Positions 7,869 to 21,222 are shown, counted from the first letter of the stretch. The stretch: 64,000 bases of DNA from an uncultured delta proteobacterium (GCA_963845515.1 CAWJSR010000055.1:147534-211533), one strand, 5' to 3'. Numbers and translations: made by a program. Notes: a model not told the origin generated them from the sequence alone.

Positions 7869-10800
7869 ACCTCTCGGCCCCGTTCATCCGGCGGCCGGTG
7901 ATGACCACGCTCGTCACCGCGAGCTTCGTGGCGTTCGGCCTCGCCGCGTACTTCAAGCTGCCGGTGGCGGACCTCCCGACGGTCGATTTCCCGACCATCC
8001 AGGTCTCCGCTTCGCTCCCCGGCGCCAACCCCGAGACGATGGCCGCCACGGTGGCGACCCCGCTCGAGCGTCGCTTCTCGACCATCGCCGGGCTCACGGC
8101 GATGAACTCCAACAGCCTCCAGGGCTCCACCTCCATCAGCCTGGAGTTCGCCCTCGAGCGGGACATCGACGCGGCCGCGCAGGACGTGCAGGCGGCGATC
8201 GCCGCCTCGGCCCGCAACCTGCCCGCCAACCTGCCGGCGCCGCCGACGCTCACCAAGGTCAACCCGGCCGACGCGCCGATCCTCTTCTTCGCCCTGACCT
8301 CGCCGACGCTGCCGATGTCCCAGCTCAACCGGATGGGCCAGGACCTGATCGCCCAGCGGATCTCGACGGTCCCCGGGGTGGCGCAGGTGCAGGTCTTCGG
8401 CGCGCAGAAGTACGCGATCAGGATCCAGGTCGATCCGCGCGCCCTCGCCGCCCGCGGCATCGGGCTCGACGAGGTCGCGGAGGGCATCCGGGCCGCCAAC
8501 ACCAACCTGCCGAGCGGCGCGCTCGGCAGCGGCGCGAGCCGCGCCTGGACCGTCGAGGCGACGGGCGGCCTCGCCGGCGCTGCAGAGTTCCGCCGGCTGC
8601 CGGTCCGCGTGCGGGACGGGGTGACCGTCCGGCTCGAGGACGTGGCCCGCGTCGTCGACAGCGTCGAGAACGACCAGACCGCCGCCTGGTTCTTCAGCGG
8701 CGGCAAGGAGCAGCGCTCCATCGTCCTCGCCGTCCAGCGGCAGCCCGGGACCAACACCGTCCAGGTCGCCGACGGCGTCCGGGCGCTCCTCCCGTCGATC
8801 CAGCGCCAGCTCCCCGCCGCCGCGACCCTCCACCTGCTCTACGACCGCTCCGAGTCGATCCGCCACTCGGTCCGCGACGTCCAGTTCACCCTCCTGCTCA
8901 CGCTGGCGCTCGTCATCCTCGTCATCTTCCTCTTCCTGCGGAACCTGAGGGCGACGGTCATCCCCAGCCTCGCGCTGCCGGTCTCGCTCGTCGGGACCTT
9001 CGCGCTGATGTGGGCGATGGGCTACTCGCTCGACAACCTGTCGCTGATGGCGCTCACGCTCGCCGTCGGCTTCGTCGTCGACGACGCCATCGTGATGCTC
9101 GAGAACGTGGTCCGCCACATGGAGAAGGGCGAGGCGCGGCTCGAGGCGACCTTCTCCGGCTCGAAGGAGGTGGCCTTCACCATCGTCTCGATGACCATCT
9201 CGCTCGCGGCCGTCTTCCTCCCGGTCCTCTTCATGGGCGGGATCGTCGGGCGGCTCTTTCGCGAGTTCGCCGTCACGATCGGCGCCGCCATCCTCGTCTC
9301 CGGCTTCGTCTCCCTCACCCTCACGCCGCTCCTCTGCTCGCGCTTCCTCCGCCCGCACTCCGCGTCGGAGCGGCACGGGCGGCTCTACCAGCTCATCGAG
9401 CGCAACTTCGAGTGGGGGCTGCGGACGTACGCGCGGGGGCTCAGCTGGTCGCTCGCGCGCCCCGCGCCTGGTCCTCGTCCTCTCCGGCCTCGTCTTCGTC
9501 GTGATGGTGCCGCTCTGGATCGCGATCCCGAAGGGCTTCCTGCCGAGCGAGGACGTCGGGCGGATCCAGCTCCAGGCGGAGCCCGCCGAGGGGACGAGCT
9601 TCGACGCGGTCTCGAGATCCCTGCGCGCCGCCGCCGCGATCGTCGCGGCGCACCCGGCGATCGACGAGCTGAACACCAACATCGGCGGGCGCGGCGGGCT
9701 CTCCGGGAGCGGCTTCATCAAGCTCAAGCCGCGCTCAGAGCGGCCGCACGTCGACCAGGTGATCCAGCAGCTGCGCGGCCAGCTCGCGAGCGTGCCGGGG
9801 CTGCGGGTCTTCCTCGTCAACCCTCCCCCCATCCGGATCGGCGCCCAGCAGTCGCGCGCGCAGTACCAGTTCACCCTCCAGGACAGCGACACCGGCGTCC
9901 TCTACGACGGCGCGACGCGGCTCGAGAAGCAGCTCCGCGAGCTGCCGCAGCTCACCGACGTCACGAGCGACCTGCGCCTCTCGACCCCCCGCATCAAGGT
10001 GGAGATCGACCGCGAGCGCGCCGCGGCGCTCGACGTGAGCCCGGCCGTGCTGGAGGAGGCGCTCTACACCGCCTTCGGCACGCGCCAGATCTCGCAGATC
10101 GACGCGCCGGAGGACCAGTACCAGGTGATCCTGGAGCTGGCCCCGGAGTTCCGCGCCGACCCCGCGGCGCTCTCCTGGATCAACGTCCGCTCTGCGAGCG
10201 GCGCCCTGGTCCCGATCGAGGCGGTGGCGAAGCTCGTCCGGACCGTCGCGCCGCAGCAGGTGAACCACGCCGGCCAGCTCCCCGCCGTCACCCTCTCCTT
10301 CAACCTCAGGCCCGGGGCGTCGCTCGGCCAGGCCACGACCGCCGTCGAGCGCGCCGCGGCCGAGCTGCTGCCGGCCACCGTGACGACCGCGTTCCAGGGG
10401 ACCGCCCAGGCCTTCCAGGCCTCGCTCGCCGGCATGGGGCTCCTGCTCGTGATGTCGATCGTCGTCATCTACGTCGTGCTCGGGATCCTCTACGAGAGCT
10501 TCATCCACCCGATCACGATCCTCACCGCGCTGCCGTTCGCAGGGCTGGGCGCGGTGATCACGCTCCTCGCGTTCCGCGTGGAGCTCTCGATCTACGCCAT
10601 CGTCGGCGTGATCATGCTGGTCGGCCTGGTGAAGAAGAACGGCATCATGATGGTCGACTTCGCCATCGAGGCGCAGAAGGGCGGTATGTCCCCGCAGGAG
10701 GCGATCAAGGAGGCCTGCCTCGTCCGCTTCCGGCCGATCATGATGACGACGATGGCCGCCCTGATGGGGACGCTCCCCATCGCGCTCGGGCTCGGCGCCG

Positions 10801-10943
10801 GCGCCGAGTCGCGGCAGCCACTGGGGCTCGCGGTGGTCGGCGGCCTCCTCTTCTCGCAGTTCCTGACGCTCTTCGTGACGCCGGTCTTCTACGAGGTGGC
10901 GGAGCGGTTCCGTCACCGGGGAGGCGCGCGTGAGCGAGCCTGA
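7865..10943 (+). CDS. RND efflux permease (MdtB/C-like); frameshift near 9460
   Basis: GTG start overlaps the MFP stop; 'FIRRPVMTTL'; 'GFVVDDAIVMLEN'; 'GLVKKNGIMMVDFA'; 'RFRPIMMTT'. Split across ORFs 6821-10933 and 9501-10943. Confidence 0.93.
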
Positions 10944-11412
10944 GCCCTGCGCCGCCTGCGACGTCATCGCCGGCCGGCGACCGCCGCCCGGGGGGATCCT
11001 CTGGCGCGGCGGCGGGTTTGCGCTACACGCGCTGGCCGATGCCACGCCGATCCCCGGCTGGCTGGTCCTGACGAGCGAACGTCACGCCCGCGCCTGGTAC
11101 GACCTGGAGCCGGGCGAGCTGGCGGGGCTGGGGGAGGCCGCCGCGCAGGTCATGGCCGCGCAGCGCTCGGTGCTGCACGCGGAGCACGTCTACGCCTTCG
11201 CCATCGGCGACGTGCTCCATCACTTCCACCTGCACCTCGTCCCCCGCTACGCGGAGACTCCGGAGCGCCTCCGGGGGCGCCACTGCTTCGATGGGCTTCC
11301 GGGGGACATGCTCCCGGCGGACGCGGTCGAGCAGGCGGCGCGGCTCGTCGCCGACAGCCTGTTTCCTATGGGTGACTTCCCTCTCCCACACCGGAGGCGA
11401 GGGTCAGGGTGA
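10930..11412 (+). CDS. HIT family hydrolase
   Basis: N-terminal CxxC; histidine triad 'HFHLHLVPR'. Confidence 0.85.
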   Translation: MSEPEPCAACDVIAGRRPPPGGILWRGGGFALHALADATPIPGWLVLTSERHARAWYDLEPGELAGLGEAAAQVMAAQRSVLHAEHVYAFAIGDVLHHFHLHLVPRYAETPERLRGRHCFDGLPGDMLPADAVEQAARLVADSLFPMGDFPLPHRRRGSG

Positions 11413-11415
11413 GGG
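11379..11415. repeat. REP-like palindrome, copy 3 (degenerate); contains the stop codons of both convergent genes
   Basis: ccctctcccacaccggaggcgaggg-tcagggtgaggg. Confidence 0.7.
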
Positions 11416-12256
11416 AGCGAACAGCTCCCGCAGCCCCTCCCGGAAGCTCGGCCAGCGCAGCGTCACCCCCAGCGCCTCCCGGCTCCACTCCGAGCTGATC
11501 CGCCGGCTGGGGCCGGGCGGCGCGCCCTCGCTGCGCGGCGCCGGGATCCCCAGCTCCCCAGCGATCCACTCCACGACGTCGCGCCGGCGCGTCGGGGTGG
11601 CGTCGCTCCCGTGGTACACGCGCCCCGGCTCGCCACGCAGGAGCGCGGCGAGGACGAAGGCCACCGCGTCGTCCAGGTGGCAGAAGTTCATCCAGGCGTC
11701 GTCCCCTGGCCCGAGCGCGAGCCGGCCGGAGCGGACGCGATCGACGATGCCGGCGCGTCCCGGCCCGTAGAGCCCCGAGAGCCTGAGGACGCAGGCGCGG
11801 GCGCCGCGGGCCGCCGCGTCCAGGACGGTCCGCTCCGCCTCCACGAGCACCTCGCCAGTCGGTCCGGACGGCGCCGTCGCCGTCCGCTCCTCGACCACGC
11901 CGCCGTCGCGCTGGCCGAAGACCCCCGTCGAGCCGGTGTAGACGAAGGCGCGGACGCCGTTTCGTGCCGCCCCCTCCAGGAGCGCCTCGTTCGCCGCCAC
12001 GTAGGCCGTCCGATACGCCTCGACCGTGTCGCTGCGAGGACGACTGGCAGGCGACGATCGCCTCGACGTCGGGAGGGATGAGGCGAGCAGCGCCGGGGGC
12101 CGCGAGGTCGAGCGCCAGCGGCGTGGCGCCGGCATCGACCAGCGGGCGGAGTGAGTCTGCGCGCCGCCGGACCGCGACGACCCCGTGCCCTCCGGCGAGC
12201 AGGGCCCTGGCGAGAGCGCTCCCCAGCCAGCCGGCACCTGCGACAAGAACGCGCAT
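11404..12256 (-). CDS. NAD-dependent epimerase/dehydratase (atypical SDR); frameshift near 12035
   Basis: 'MRVLVAGAGWLG' Rossmann motif; 'GSTGVFG'; 'LRLSGLYGPGR'; 'NFCHLDD'. Confidence 0.85.
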
Positions 12257-12385
12257 GATCACCCCCGTCTCAGTTACCACCGTCCGACGTCCCGGAGCCA
12301 CGGTACAGCCCCTCACTTTCCCAAGTGGCCCCCGTGGCCTACGCTTTTCCCAAGGGTTATCTCCTGAAGGAAGCGCGAGGACGCC

Positions 12386-12823
12386 TTGTCGACCTTCCTG
12401 CTCTCATGGCTCTCGAAGCAGTACGGGGCGCTGGATGCGCAGGTCTTCCTGCGCGAGCAGCCCGGGAGCTGGCTGGTGCTCGAGAACGAGGCAGGGAGCC
12501 CGACCCGCGCCGCCAACCCCATCGCCATGCGCGTCGCGCTCCGCCGCGATCGAACCCTGTTCACCGTCGGGCGCGATCCATCCAGCGACTTCGTCGTCAC
12601 CGACCCCGGGGTGGCGCTCGCGCACGCGATCCTGCAGCCCGAGGAGGACGGCGTCTGGTCCATCCGGCGCGCGTCGGCCGAGTCGCCGGCGCTGCTCGAC
12701 GGGCTGGAGCTCGGGGACACCCCGATCGCGCTCGGCTCCGGCGCGAGGATCGACCTCGGCGGCGCGCGGTTCACCTACTACTCCGGTGAGGATCTCCACG
12801 CGAGGATGAAGGACGTCGCGTAG
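12386..12823 (+). CDS. FHA-domain protein
   Basis: 'FTVGRDPSSDFVVTDPGVALAHA' FHA core; the Ser usually preceding His is absent, so it may be degenerate. Confidence 0.7.
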   Translation: MSTFLLSWLSKQYGALDAQVFLREQPGSWLVLENEAGSPTRAANPIAMRVALRRDRTLFTVGRDPSSDFVVTDPGVALAHAILQPEEDGVWSIRRASAESPALLDGLELGDTPIALGSGARIDLGGARFTYYSGEDLHARMKDVA

Positions 12824-12829
12824 CCACCC

Positions 12830-14470
<1,641 letters not shown>

Positions 14471-14583
14471 GCCCCGATGCTCGCACGGATGAGTGGGTGG
14501 GCAGGGGTCTCGGGCGGGGCTTCCCCGACGACGAGCGCCACGGCTGGCAGCCGGGAGGTTCCACGGCTAACATCCCATCTCCC

Positions 14584-15456
14584 GTGCTCGCAGCCGCCCT
14601 CACCACCCTCGCGCTCGCCGCGTCGACCGTCGCCCCTTGGCAGGCGCTCGAGGCAGGGCTCGACCTGGGGCGCTTCGAGGGGCCGGCCGGCGGCGCCGGC
14701 GACGGCGTGATCACCATCCTCCGGGTCGACCCGCGCCACTTCGAGCTCCGCCTGCTCAACGCCTCCGCCCCCGGCGAAGGCTCCGCTCGCAGCGCGCGCG
14801 AATGGGCGGTCCGGACCCATGCGGTGGCCGCCATCAACGCGGCGATGTACCAGGAGGATCTCCGGACCAGCGTGTCGCTCATGCGCACGCGCACCCACGT
14901 CAACCACCGCCGCGTGTCGCGCGACCGGACCGTGCTGGCCTTCGATCCCGTCGAGGCGGGGACCCCCCCGCTCCGGATCATCGACCGCGACTGCGACGAC
15001 CTCGAGGCCATCGGGAAGGGTTACGGGTCGCTGGTGCAGTCGATCCGGCTCGTCTCCTGCGAGCGGAAGAACGTCTGGACCCCCGCCGGGCGGCGCACCA
15101 GCGCGGCGGTGGTCGGGCTCGACGGCGCCGGGCGACTGCTGCTGGTCCACGCCCGCACGGCCTGGCCCACGAGCGTGCTCGCGGACGCGCTGCTCTCGCT
15201 GCCGATCGACCTCCAGCGCGCGATGTACGTCGAGGGCGGCGCCGAGGCGCAGCTCTTCATCGCCGCCGGCGGCCGCGAGCTGGAGCTGATCGGGGCGTTC
15301 GATGGGATCCCAGCAGTCGCGCAGAACGTGGACGCGTGGCCGGTGCCGAACGTGCTCGGCGTCTACCGTAGGAAGGCGCAGTTGCGGTCACCAACCCCCT
15401 CACCCCTGGCTTCTCCCCCGCCCCCGCGGGGGAGAGGGAAGTCGGACAGCCGATGA
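14584..15456 (+). CDS. Secreted phosphodiester glycosidase (NAGPA-like) family protein
   Basis: Signal peptide; 'AAINAAMY'; 'AAVVGLDGAGRLLLV'; 'AMYVEGG'; 'PVPNVLG'. Start estimated at GTG 14584. Confidence 0.7.
   Translation: MLAAALTTLALAASTVAPWQALEAGLDLGRFEGPAGGAGDGVITILRVDPRHFELRLLNASAPGEGSARSAREWAVRTHAVAAINAAMYQEDLRTSVSLMRTRTHVNHRRVSRDRTVLAFDPVEAGTPPLRIIDRDCDDLEAIGKGYGSLVQSIRLVSCERKNVWTPAGRRTSAAVVGLDGAGRLLLVHARTAWPTSVLADALLSLPIDLQRAMYVEGGAEAQLFIAAGGRELELIGAFDGIPAVAQNVDAWPVPNVLGVYRRKAQLRSPTPSPLASPPPPRGRGKSDSR
15395..15438. repeat. REP-like palindrome, copy 4 (reverse orientation, inside the 3' end of a CDS)
   Basis: ccccctcacccctgg-cttctcccccgcccccgcgggggagaggg. Confidence 0.7.
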
Positions 15457-16603
15457 GCCGTGCACGCTGGATCGCCACGTTCGCCGGGGCGCTGCTCACG
15501 TTCGCGGCCGTGGCGACGCTGCCCGCCCTGGACGCCGCCCTCCCCGGGATCGCCGCCCGCAAGGCGCGCGCTGCGCCGCCCGGCCCCTTCGGCGAGCGGC
15601 TCATCCCCGCCCCGCTCCTCTCGCGCGGCAAGCGGGTGGTCACCAGCAGCGGCGACGGCGACGCGCTGGTGGACGGTGCCTACCGGACCGGCGCGAAGTG
15701 GGGCGGCGGCGAGCCCTCGCCTTCGCGCCCCGCGTGGGCGTCGATCGAGCTCGGCCGCGGTCCGTCGCGGCTCCTCCTCTCCTGGACCTCCTCCGGCAAC
15801 CACGACTACTGGGACCAGTTCTACGGCGCGCCGGTGGACTACCGGATCGAGGTCTCCGCCGACTCCACCGACGGCCGCGACGGGACGTGGCAGACGGTGG
15901 TCGACGTCCAGGGACAACCCGGCCCACGGCCGGGCCCACTCCTTCCCCTTCGCAGGGATGAGCTGGGTCCGGATGTCGGTGACGCGGCTGCCCGAGAAGG
16001 TCAACGAGTGGGGGCTCTTCATCGACGAGATCGACGTCCACGATCTCTCCGACGGCGGGAACGACGTCTGGGCGTTCCTGGGCGACAGCATCACCTGCGA
16101 GACCGCAGACCGCGGCACCCCTCGCCGCCCGGCGTTCCAGGACCAGATCGCCGCGCGCCACCCGGGCTACCGCCCGGCGACGATCAACGTCGGGCTCGCC
16201 CGCTACAAGACCTTCGAGGTGCTCGAGAAGATCGACCAGCTCCTCGCGCTCAACCCGGACGCGCACGTCTGGGCGATCCTGATCGGCGCCAACGACGGCA
16301 CGCCCGAGATGGTGCGGGACTCGCTGCGCCCGCTGATCGAGCGGCTGAAGGCCGCCGGGAAGATCCCCGTCGTCGCCAGGATCGCGTTCCAGACCAAGTA
16401 CGGACCGGACTACGCCGCCGGCAAGAACGTCATGCTCGACGAGGTGGTCCGCGACGGCGGGGATCGGCCCGGGGCCGGATCTCTACTCGTGGTTCAAGGC
16501 CCACCCCGAGCGGCTGCGCGACGGCCTGCACCCCGACGACGCGGGGACGATCGAGCTGAACAGGCTGTGGGCGGAGGCGGTGGCGCCGCTCTACCCCTGG
16601 TGA
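15453..16603 (+). CDS. Discoidin/F5-8-like domain fused to an SGNH/GDSL hydrolase; frameshifts near 15911 and 16460
   Basis: 'ALVDG...WASIEL...YRIEVSAD...TWQTV'; then 'FLGDSIT', 'IGAND' and 'DGLHPDDAG' in successive frames; ends 'LYPW*'. Confidence 0.75.
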
Positions 16604-16604
16604 C

Positions 16605-16985
16605 CTACACCCGGTCCGAGACCAGCGCCTCGAACTCGCGATCCAGCAGCGTCGGGTCCCCGAGGTTCAGCTCCACGAGGCGGCGCAGGTGCGCCATGCT
16701 CTCGAGGTCGATCTCCTCGCGCCGCACGCCGACGCGCCCCGGCTCGACGTGGGCCATCTCGCCGATCATCCGGATGCAGGCCTCGGTCGGCTCCAGCCGG
16801 ATGTTGAGCGAGCAGGGCTGGCCTCGCCGCCCGGAGAAGTCCTCCGCCACCTGCAGCAGCGCGCCGTTGAGCGAGACGTCGATCACGTCGACGACGATCC
16901 GCTCGGTCCCGAGCACGAGCTCGGCGGGCCGGTGGAACTGGATCCGGGAGAACCTGCGTCGGTTGTCGTTGGAGCCCTGCGTCAC
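16605..16985 (-). CDS. Stand-alone PilZ domain c-di-GMP receptor
   Basis: RxxxR 'RRRFSRI'; DxSxxG 'DVSLNG'; C-terminal 'HLRRLVELNLGD..LLDRE'. Confidence 0.88.
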   Translation of the reverse strand: MTQGSNDNRRRFSRIQFHRPAELVLGTERIVVDVIDVSLNGALLQVAEDFSGRRGQPCSLNIRLEPTEACIRMIGEMAHVEPGRVGVRREEIDLESMAHLRRLVELNLGDPTLLDREFEALVSDRV

Positions 16986-17100
16986 GGTCCACCTCGTGTC
17001 CACGGGAATCTTCCGCTGAGGGGCGTCCGAACGCAACCCGCCGGGCGCAACCCGCTTGGGCGCTGCTAGGATGGTGCAGTCTCGCGGCAGGGGGCCAGAC

Positions 17101-19171
17101 GTGAGCGGCGAAGCCGACAAGAAGGAGCCGGGCGCGGTGAAGCGCATGCGGGCCATCCGCAACCTCGGGATCATGGCTCACATCGACGCGGGGAAGACCA
17201 CGCTCACCGAGCGGCTCCTCTTCGCCGCCGGGAAGACCCACAAGATGGGCGAGGTCCACGACGGCGACGCCGTCATGGACTGGATGGAGCTGGAGCGGGA
17301 GCGCGGGATCACGATCACCTCCGCGGTGACCAGCTTCGAGTGGCACGGCCACGAGCTGCACCTCATCGACACCCCCGGTCACGTGGACTTCACCGTCGAG
17401 GTCGAGCGGAGCCTGCGCGTGCTCGACGGCGCGGTCGCCGTCTTCGACGCCGTCAACGGCGTCGAGCCGCAGAGCGAGACGGTCTGGCGCCAGGCGGACC
17501 GCTACCGCGTGCCGCGGATCGCGTTCGCCAACAAGATGGATCGGGTCGGGGCCGACTTCGCCGCCACGCTCGCGTCGATGCGGAAGCACTTCCCCGATCA
17601 CCGGATCGCCGCGCTCCACCGCCCCATCGGCGCCGAGGGGTCGTTCGAGGGGTTCGAGGATCTCGTCGGGCGGCGCAGCCACAGGTTCACCGACCCCGAG
17701 GATCTGCGGGCCTTCACCACGGCGCAGGGGCTCTCGCCGAGCCGCGGAGGCCGACAGGCGCGCGCTGCTGGAGGTCCTGGCGGACGTCGACGAGCAGGCC
17801 GGGGACGCCTTCCTGGGCGACCGTGACCTCGACGAGCCTTCGCTCGTGGCGGCGATCAGGCGCGCGACCTTGTCAGGGCACTTCGTCCCGCTCCTCTGCG
17901 GCTCGGCGCTGCGGAACAAGGGCATCCCGCAGGTGCTCGACGCGATCTGCGCCTACCTGCCCTCGCCGCTCGACCTCCCGCCGCCGGTCGGCGTGAACCC
18001 GAGGACCGGGGCGGAGGAGACGCGCGACGCCGACGACCACCAGCCGCTCCTCGCGCTCGCCTTCAAGATCTCGCTCCTCGACGAGCAGCGCCGCTTCGTA
18101 TTCCTGCGCGTCTACTCCGGCCGCGTCGCCGAGGGGGACGACGTCTGGAACGCGACGCTGGGGAAGCCGGAGAAGATCGCGCGCGTCCTGCTGATGCACG
18201 CCGCCCAGAAGAAGCGGGTGCCGTCCCTCGGCGCCGGCCAGATCTTCGCGGTGATGGGGCTCAAGGAGACCCGGACCGGCGACACGCTGACCTCGCCCGG
18301 CCACGCGCTGGTGCTGGAGCGGATCTCCGTCTACCAGCCGGTCATCTCGCAGGCGATCGAGCCCGCCTCGACGCGCGATCGGGAGCCGCTGCTCGAGGCG
18401 CTCGCGAGGATCGCCGACGAGGATCCGAGCTTCAAGTCGGGCGAGGATCCGGAGACGGGCCAGCTCCTCATCTCCGGGATGGGTGAGCTCCACCTGGAGG
18501 TGGTCGTCGAGCGGCTGCGGCGCGAGTTCGGGGTCGGCGTCCGGACCGGCGACCCGCAGGTCCTCATGCGCGAGGCGCTCACGGCCTCCGCCGAGGCCGA
18601 GGCCGTCTTCGAGCGGAGGATCGACGGCGACGAGATCTTCGGCCAGGCGGCGGTCCGGGTCGCCCCCCTCGCGCGCGGCGCGGGCTTCCGCTTCGCCATC
18701 GCCCCCGAGGCGGCGGCCCTCCCCTTCCTCCGGGACGAGGTCCGGCACCAGATCGCCGACGGGGCCCGCGAGGCGGCCGACTCCGGCGTGCTGCAGGGCT
18801 TCCCGCTCCAGGACGTCGAGGTGACCCTCACCGGCGCGACGTGGCGCGAGGGGGCCTCGAAGCCCTTCGCCTACAAGGTGGCGACCGCCGACGCCGTCAG
18901 GGCCGCGGCCGCGCGCGCGAAGCCGGTGCTGCTCGAGCCGATCATGAAGCTGGAGCTCAGCCTCCCGAACGAGCACATCGGCGGCGTCATCGGGGCGCTC
19001 GACGCCCGCAAGGGGACCATCCTCGACGTCGCGGAGCGGGGCGCCGCGCTGAAGATCGTCCGGGCCGAGGCGCCGCTCCGGCGCATGTTCGGCTTCGCGA
19101 CCGAGCTGCGCTCCCTCACGCAGGGGCGCGCGCTCTTCACGATGGAGTTCGACCGGTACGACGCGGCGTGA
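17101..19171 (+). CDS. fusA: Elongation factor G paralog (EF-G2-like); frameshift near 17745
   Basis: 'AHIDAGKTT'; 'ERERGITI'; 'DTPGHVDF'; 'NKMD'; 'GMGELHLE'; 'LLEPIM'; 'LRSLTQGRA'. Not in an rpsL-rpsG operon. Confidence 0.9.
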
Positions 19172-19184
19172 TCGAATCGCCCCC

Positions 19185-20375
19185 TCACCCCGCCTTCGCC
19201 GCCGCCCGCGCGAAGCCCGGCGCCGAGCGCTCGATCACCTTCTCGTCCACGCAGAAGGTGAGCCGGAAGTAGCCGGGCATGCCGAAGCCCCGGCCGGGGA
19301 CCGCGAGGATGTTCTCCTCCAGGAGGAGGTTCACGAAGGCCTGGTCGTCTCCGCCCGGAGCCTTCGGGAAGAAGTAGAAGGCCCCCTTCGGCAGGTAGAA
19401 CTCGATCCCGGCCCCCGAGAGCGCCGCGGCCATCGCCTTGCGGCGCCTGTCGTAGATGGCGACGTCGACGCTCTCGTCGATGAGCGCCTCGACGAGCTGC
19501 TGGCCGACCACCGGCGCGTTCACGAAGCCGAGGGTCCGGTTGGTCATCGTCAGCGCGTCGACGAGCACCTGCACGTCAGGCATCGCCGGGCTCGCGACGA
19601 TGTATCCGATCCGCTCGCCCGCGAGCGACAGGCTCTTCGAGAAGGAGCCGACCACCACCGCGAACGGGGAGACGGGGAGGATGGGCGGCACCACCGCGCC
19701 GTCGTAGGCGAGCGCGCGGTACGGCTCGTCCGAGACGAGGAAGACGGGGCGCTCGCGCCCGGCGTTCACCTTCGCCAGCACGTCGCCGATCGCGCGCAGC
19801 GTGGCCGCGTCGTAGATGCAGCCGGTGGGGTTGTTCGGCGAGTCGATGATGAGCGCGCGCGTGCGCGGGCCGATGGCCGCCTCCAGCGCCGCGAGGTCGG
19901 GCGCGAAGTCGGGGGCCTTCGACGGCACCGCCCGGAGCGTGGCGCCGAAGTGGCCCGCGTAGGCGCCGTACTCGACGAAGTACGGGGCGAAGCAGAGGAC
20001 CTCGTCGCCGGGCTCCAGCACCGCGCGGAAGAAGGTGACGAGCCCGCCGGCCGCGCCACAGGTGAGCAGGAGGTGGCGCGCCTCGACGGGGGCCTGCTGC
20101 TCGCGCGCGAGCTTCTTCGCCAGCGCTGCGCGGACCGACGGCAGCCCTGCGTTGGGGCAGTAGCCGAGCCCCATGGGCTGCACGGCGCGCTCCGCCAGCG
20201 CCCGGATGGCGGCCGCCGCGGCGGCAGGCGGTGGCACGTCGGGGTTGCCGAGGCTGAAGTCGAAGACGTTCGCCGCGCCGACGCGCGCCTTCAGCTCGAT
20301 CCCGGCGTCGAACATGCGCCGGATCCAGGAGGCGCTCTCCATCTGCTGGCGGATCTGGGGAGTGACGATCTGCAT
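19185..20375 (-). CDS. PLP-dependent class I/II aminotransferase (aspartate aminotransferase-like)
   Basis: 'DFSLGNPD'; 'SPNNPTG'; 'SDEPY'; 'SFSKSLSLAGERIGY'. Confidence 0.93.
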   Translation of the reverse strand: MQIVTPQIRQQMESASWIRRMFDAGIELKARVGAANVFDFSLGNPDVPPPAAAAAAIRALAERAVQPMGLGYCPNAGLPSVRAALAKKLAREQQAPVEARHLLLTCGAAGGLVTFFRAVLEPGDEVLCFAPYFVEYGAYAGHFGATLRAVPSKAPDFAPDLAALEAAIGPRTRALIIDSPNNPTGCIYDAATLRAIGDVLAKVNAGRERPVFLVSDEPYRALAYDGAVVPPILPVSPFAVVVGSFSKSLSLAGERIGYIVASPAMPDVQVLVDALTMTNRTLGFVNAPVVGQQLVEALIDESVDVAIYDRRRKAMAAALSGAGIEFYLPKGAFYFFPKAPGGDDQAFVNLLLEENILAVPGRGFGMPGYFRLTFCVDEKVIERSAPGFARAAAKAG

Positions 20376-20481
20376 CGGCTGGCTCCCTGTTGGCGAGGGC
20401 CATCCTTCTACCGCACGGGGCACCCCGGGTGGAACTGGAGGCGCGTGCATCGCCACCTCCCTCCTGATACACGTCACCCAT

Positions 20482-20727
20482 ATGAAGACGACCGTGGAGA
20501 TTCCCGACCCTGTCCTTTCGCAGGCGCGCAAGGTGGCCGCTCGCGAAGGGACGACGGTCCGCGCGCTGATCGAGGAGGGGCTCAGGAAGGTTCTGGGCGA
20601 GCGGGCGAAGGAGGGGGAGTTCCGGCTCCGCAAGGCGAGCTTCAAGGGCAAGGGGCTCCAGCCGGAGCTCCGCGACGCGGGCTGGGAGCGGATCCGGGAC
20701 GCGGCCTACGAAGGGCACGGCTCGTGA
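20482..20727 (+). CDS. vapB: VapB-type ribbon-helix-helix antitoxin
   Basis: 'MKTTVEIPDPVLSQARKVAAREGTTVRALIEEGLR'; GTGA overlap with a PIN-domain gene. Confidence 0.8.
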   Translation: MKTTVEIPDPVLSQARKVAAREGTTVRALIEEGLRKVLGERAKEGEFRLRKASFKGKGLQPELRDAGWERIRDAAYEGHGS

Positions 20728-21163
20728 TCGCCGTCGACACCAACATCCTGGTCTACGCGCACCGGGAGGACTCTCCCGTGTCACGCTCCCCGCGGCCGAG
20801 CGCGTCCGGCGGCGGCGGAGGGACGTGCGGCATGGGCCGTCCCGTGGCCCTGCGTCCTGGAGTTCCTCGCGATCGTCACCCACCCGCGCATCTACCAGCC
20901 GCCGACGCCTCTACCGGCGGCGGTCGCGCAGGTGGACGCCTGGCTGGAGTCGCCCTCGGTCGTGCTCCTCGCGGAGCCCGATGGCCACTGGCCGCGCCTC
21001 CGCGCGACGCTCGCGGTCGGCCGCGCGACGGGCCCGATGGTCCACGACGCGCGCGTCGCGGCGCTCTGCGCCGCGTACGAGGTGTCGGAGCTCTGGACGG
21101 CCGACCGGGACTTCGGACGGTTCCCAGGGGGTGCCGGCCCGGAACCCGCTCGTCGGTGGATGA
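20724..21163 (+). CDS. vapC: VapC PIN-domain toxin; frameshifts near 20785 and 21130
   Basis: 'MIAVDTNILVYA'; 'EFLAIVTHPRIY'; 'VHDARVAALC'; 'LWTADRDF'; ends 'RNPLVGG*'. Confidence 0.85.
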
Positions 21164-21196
21164 GGCAGGCCGGGCGCCGCCCGCTCCATCGAAGAA

Positions 21197-21222
21197 CCCT
21201 CTCCCCCGGTGGGGGAGAGGGG
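21197..21222. repeat. REP-like palindrome, copy 5 (stem only); possible terminator between convergent genes
   Basis: ccctctccccc-ggt-gggggagaggg. Confidence 0.75.
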
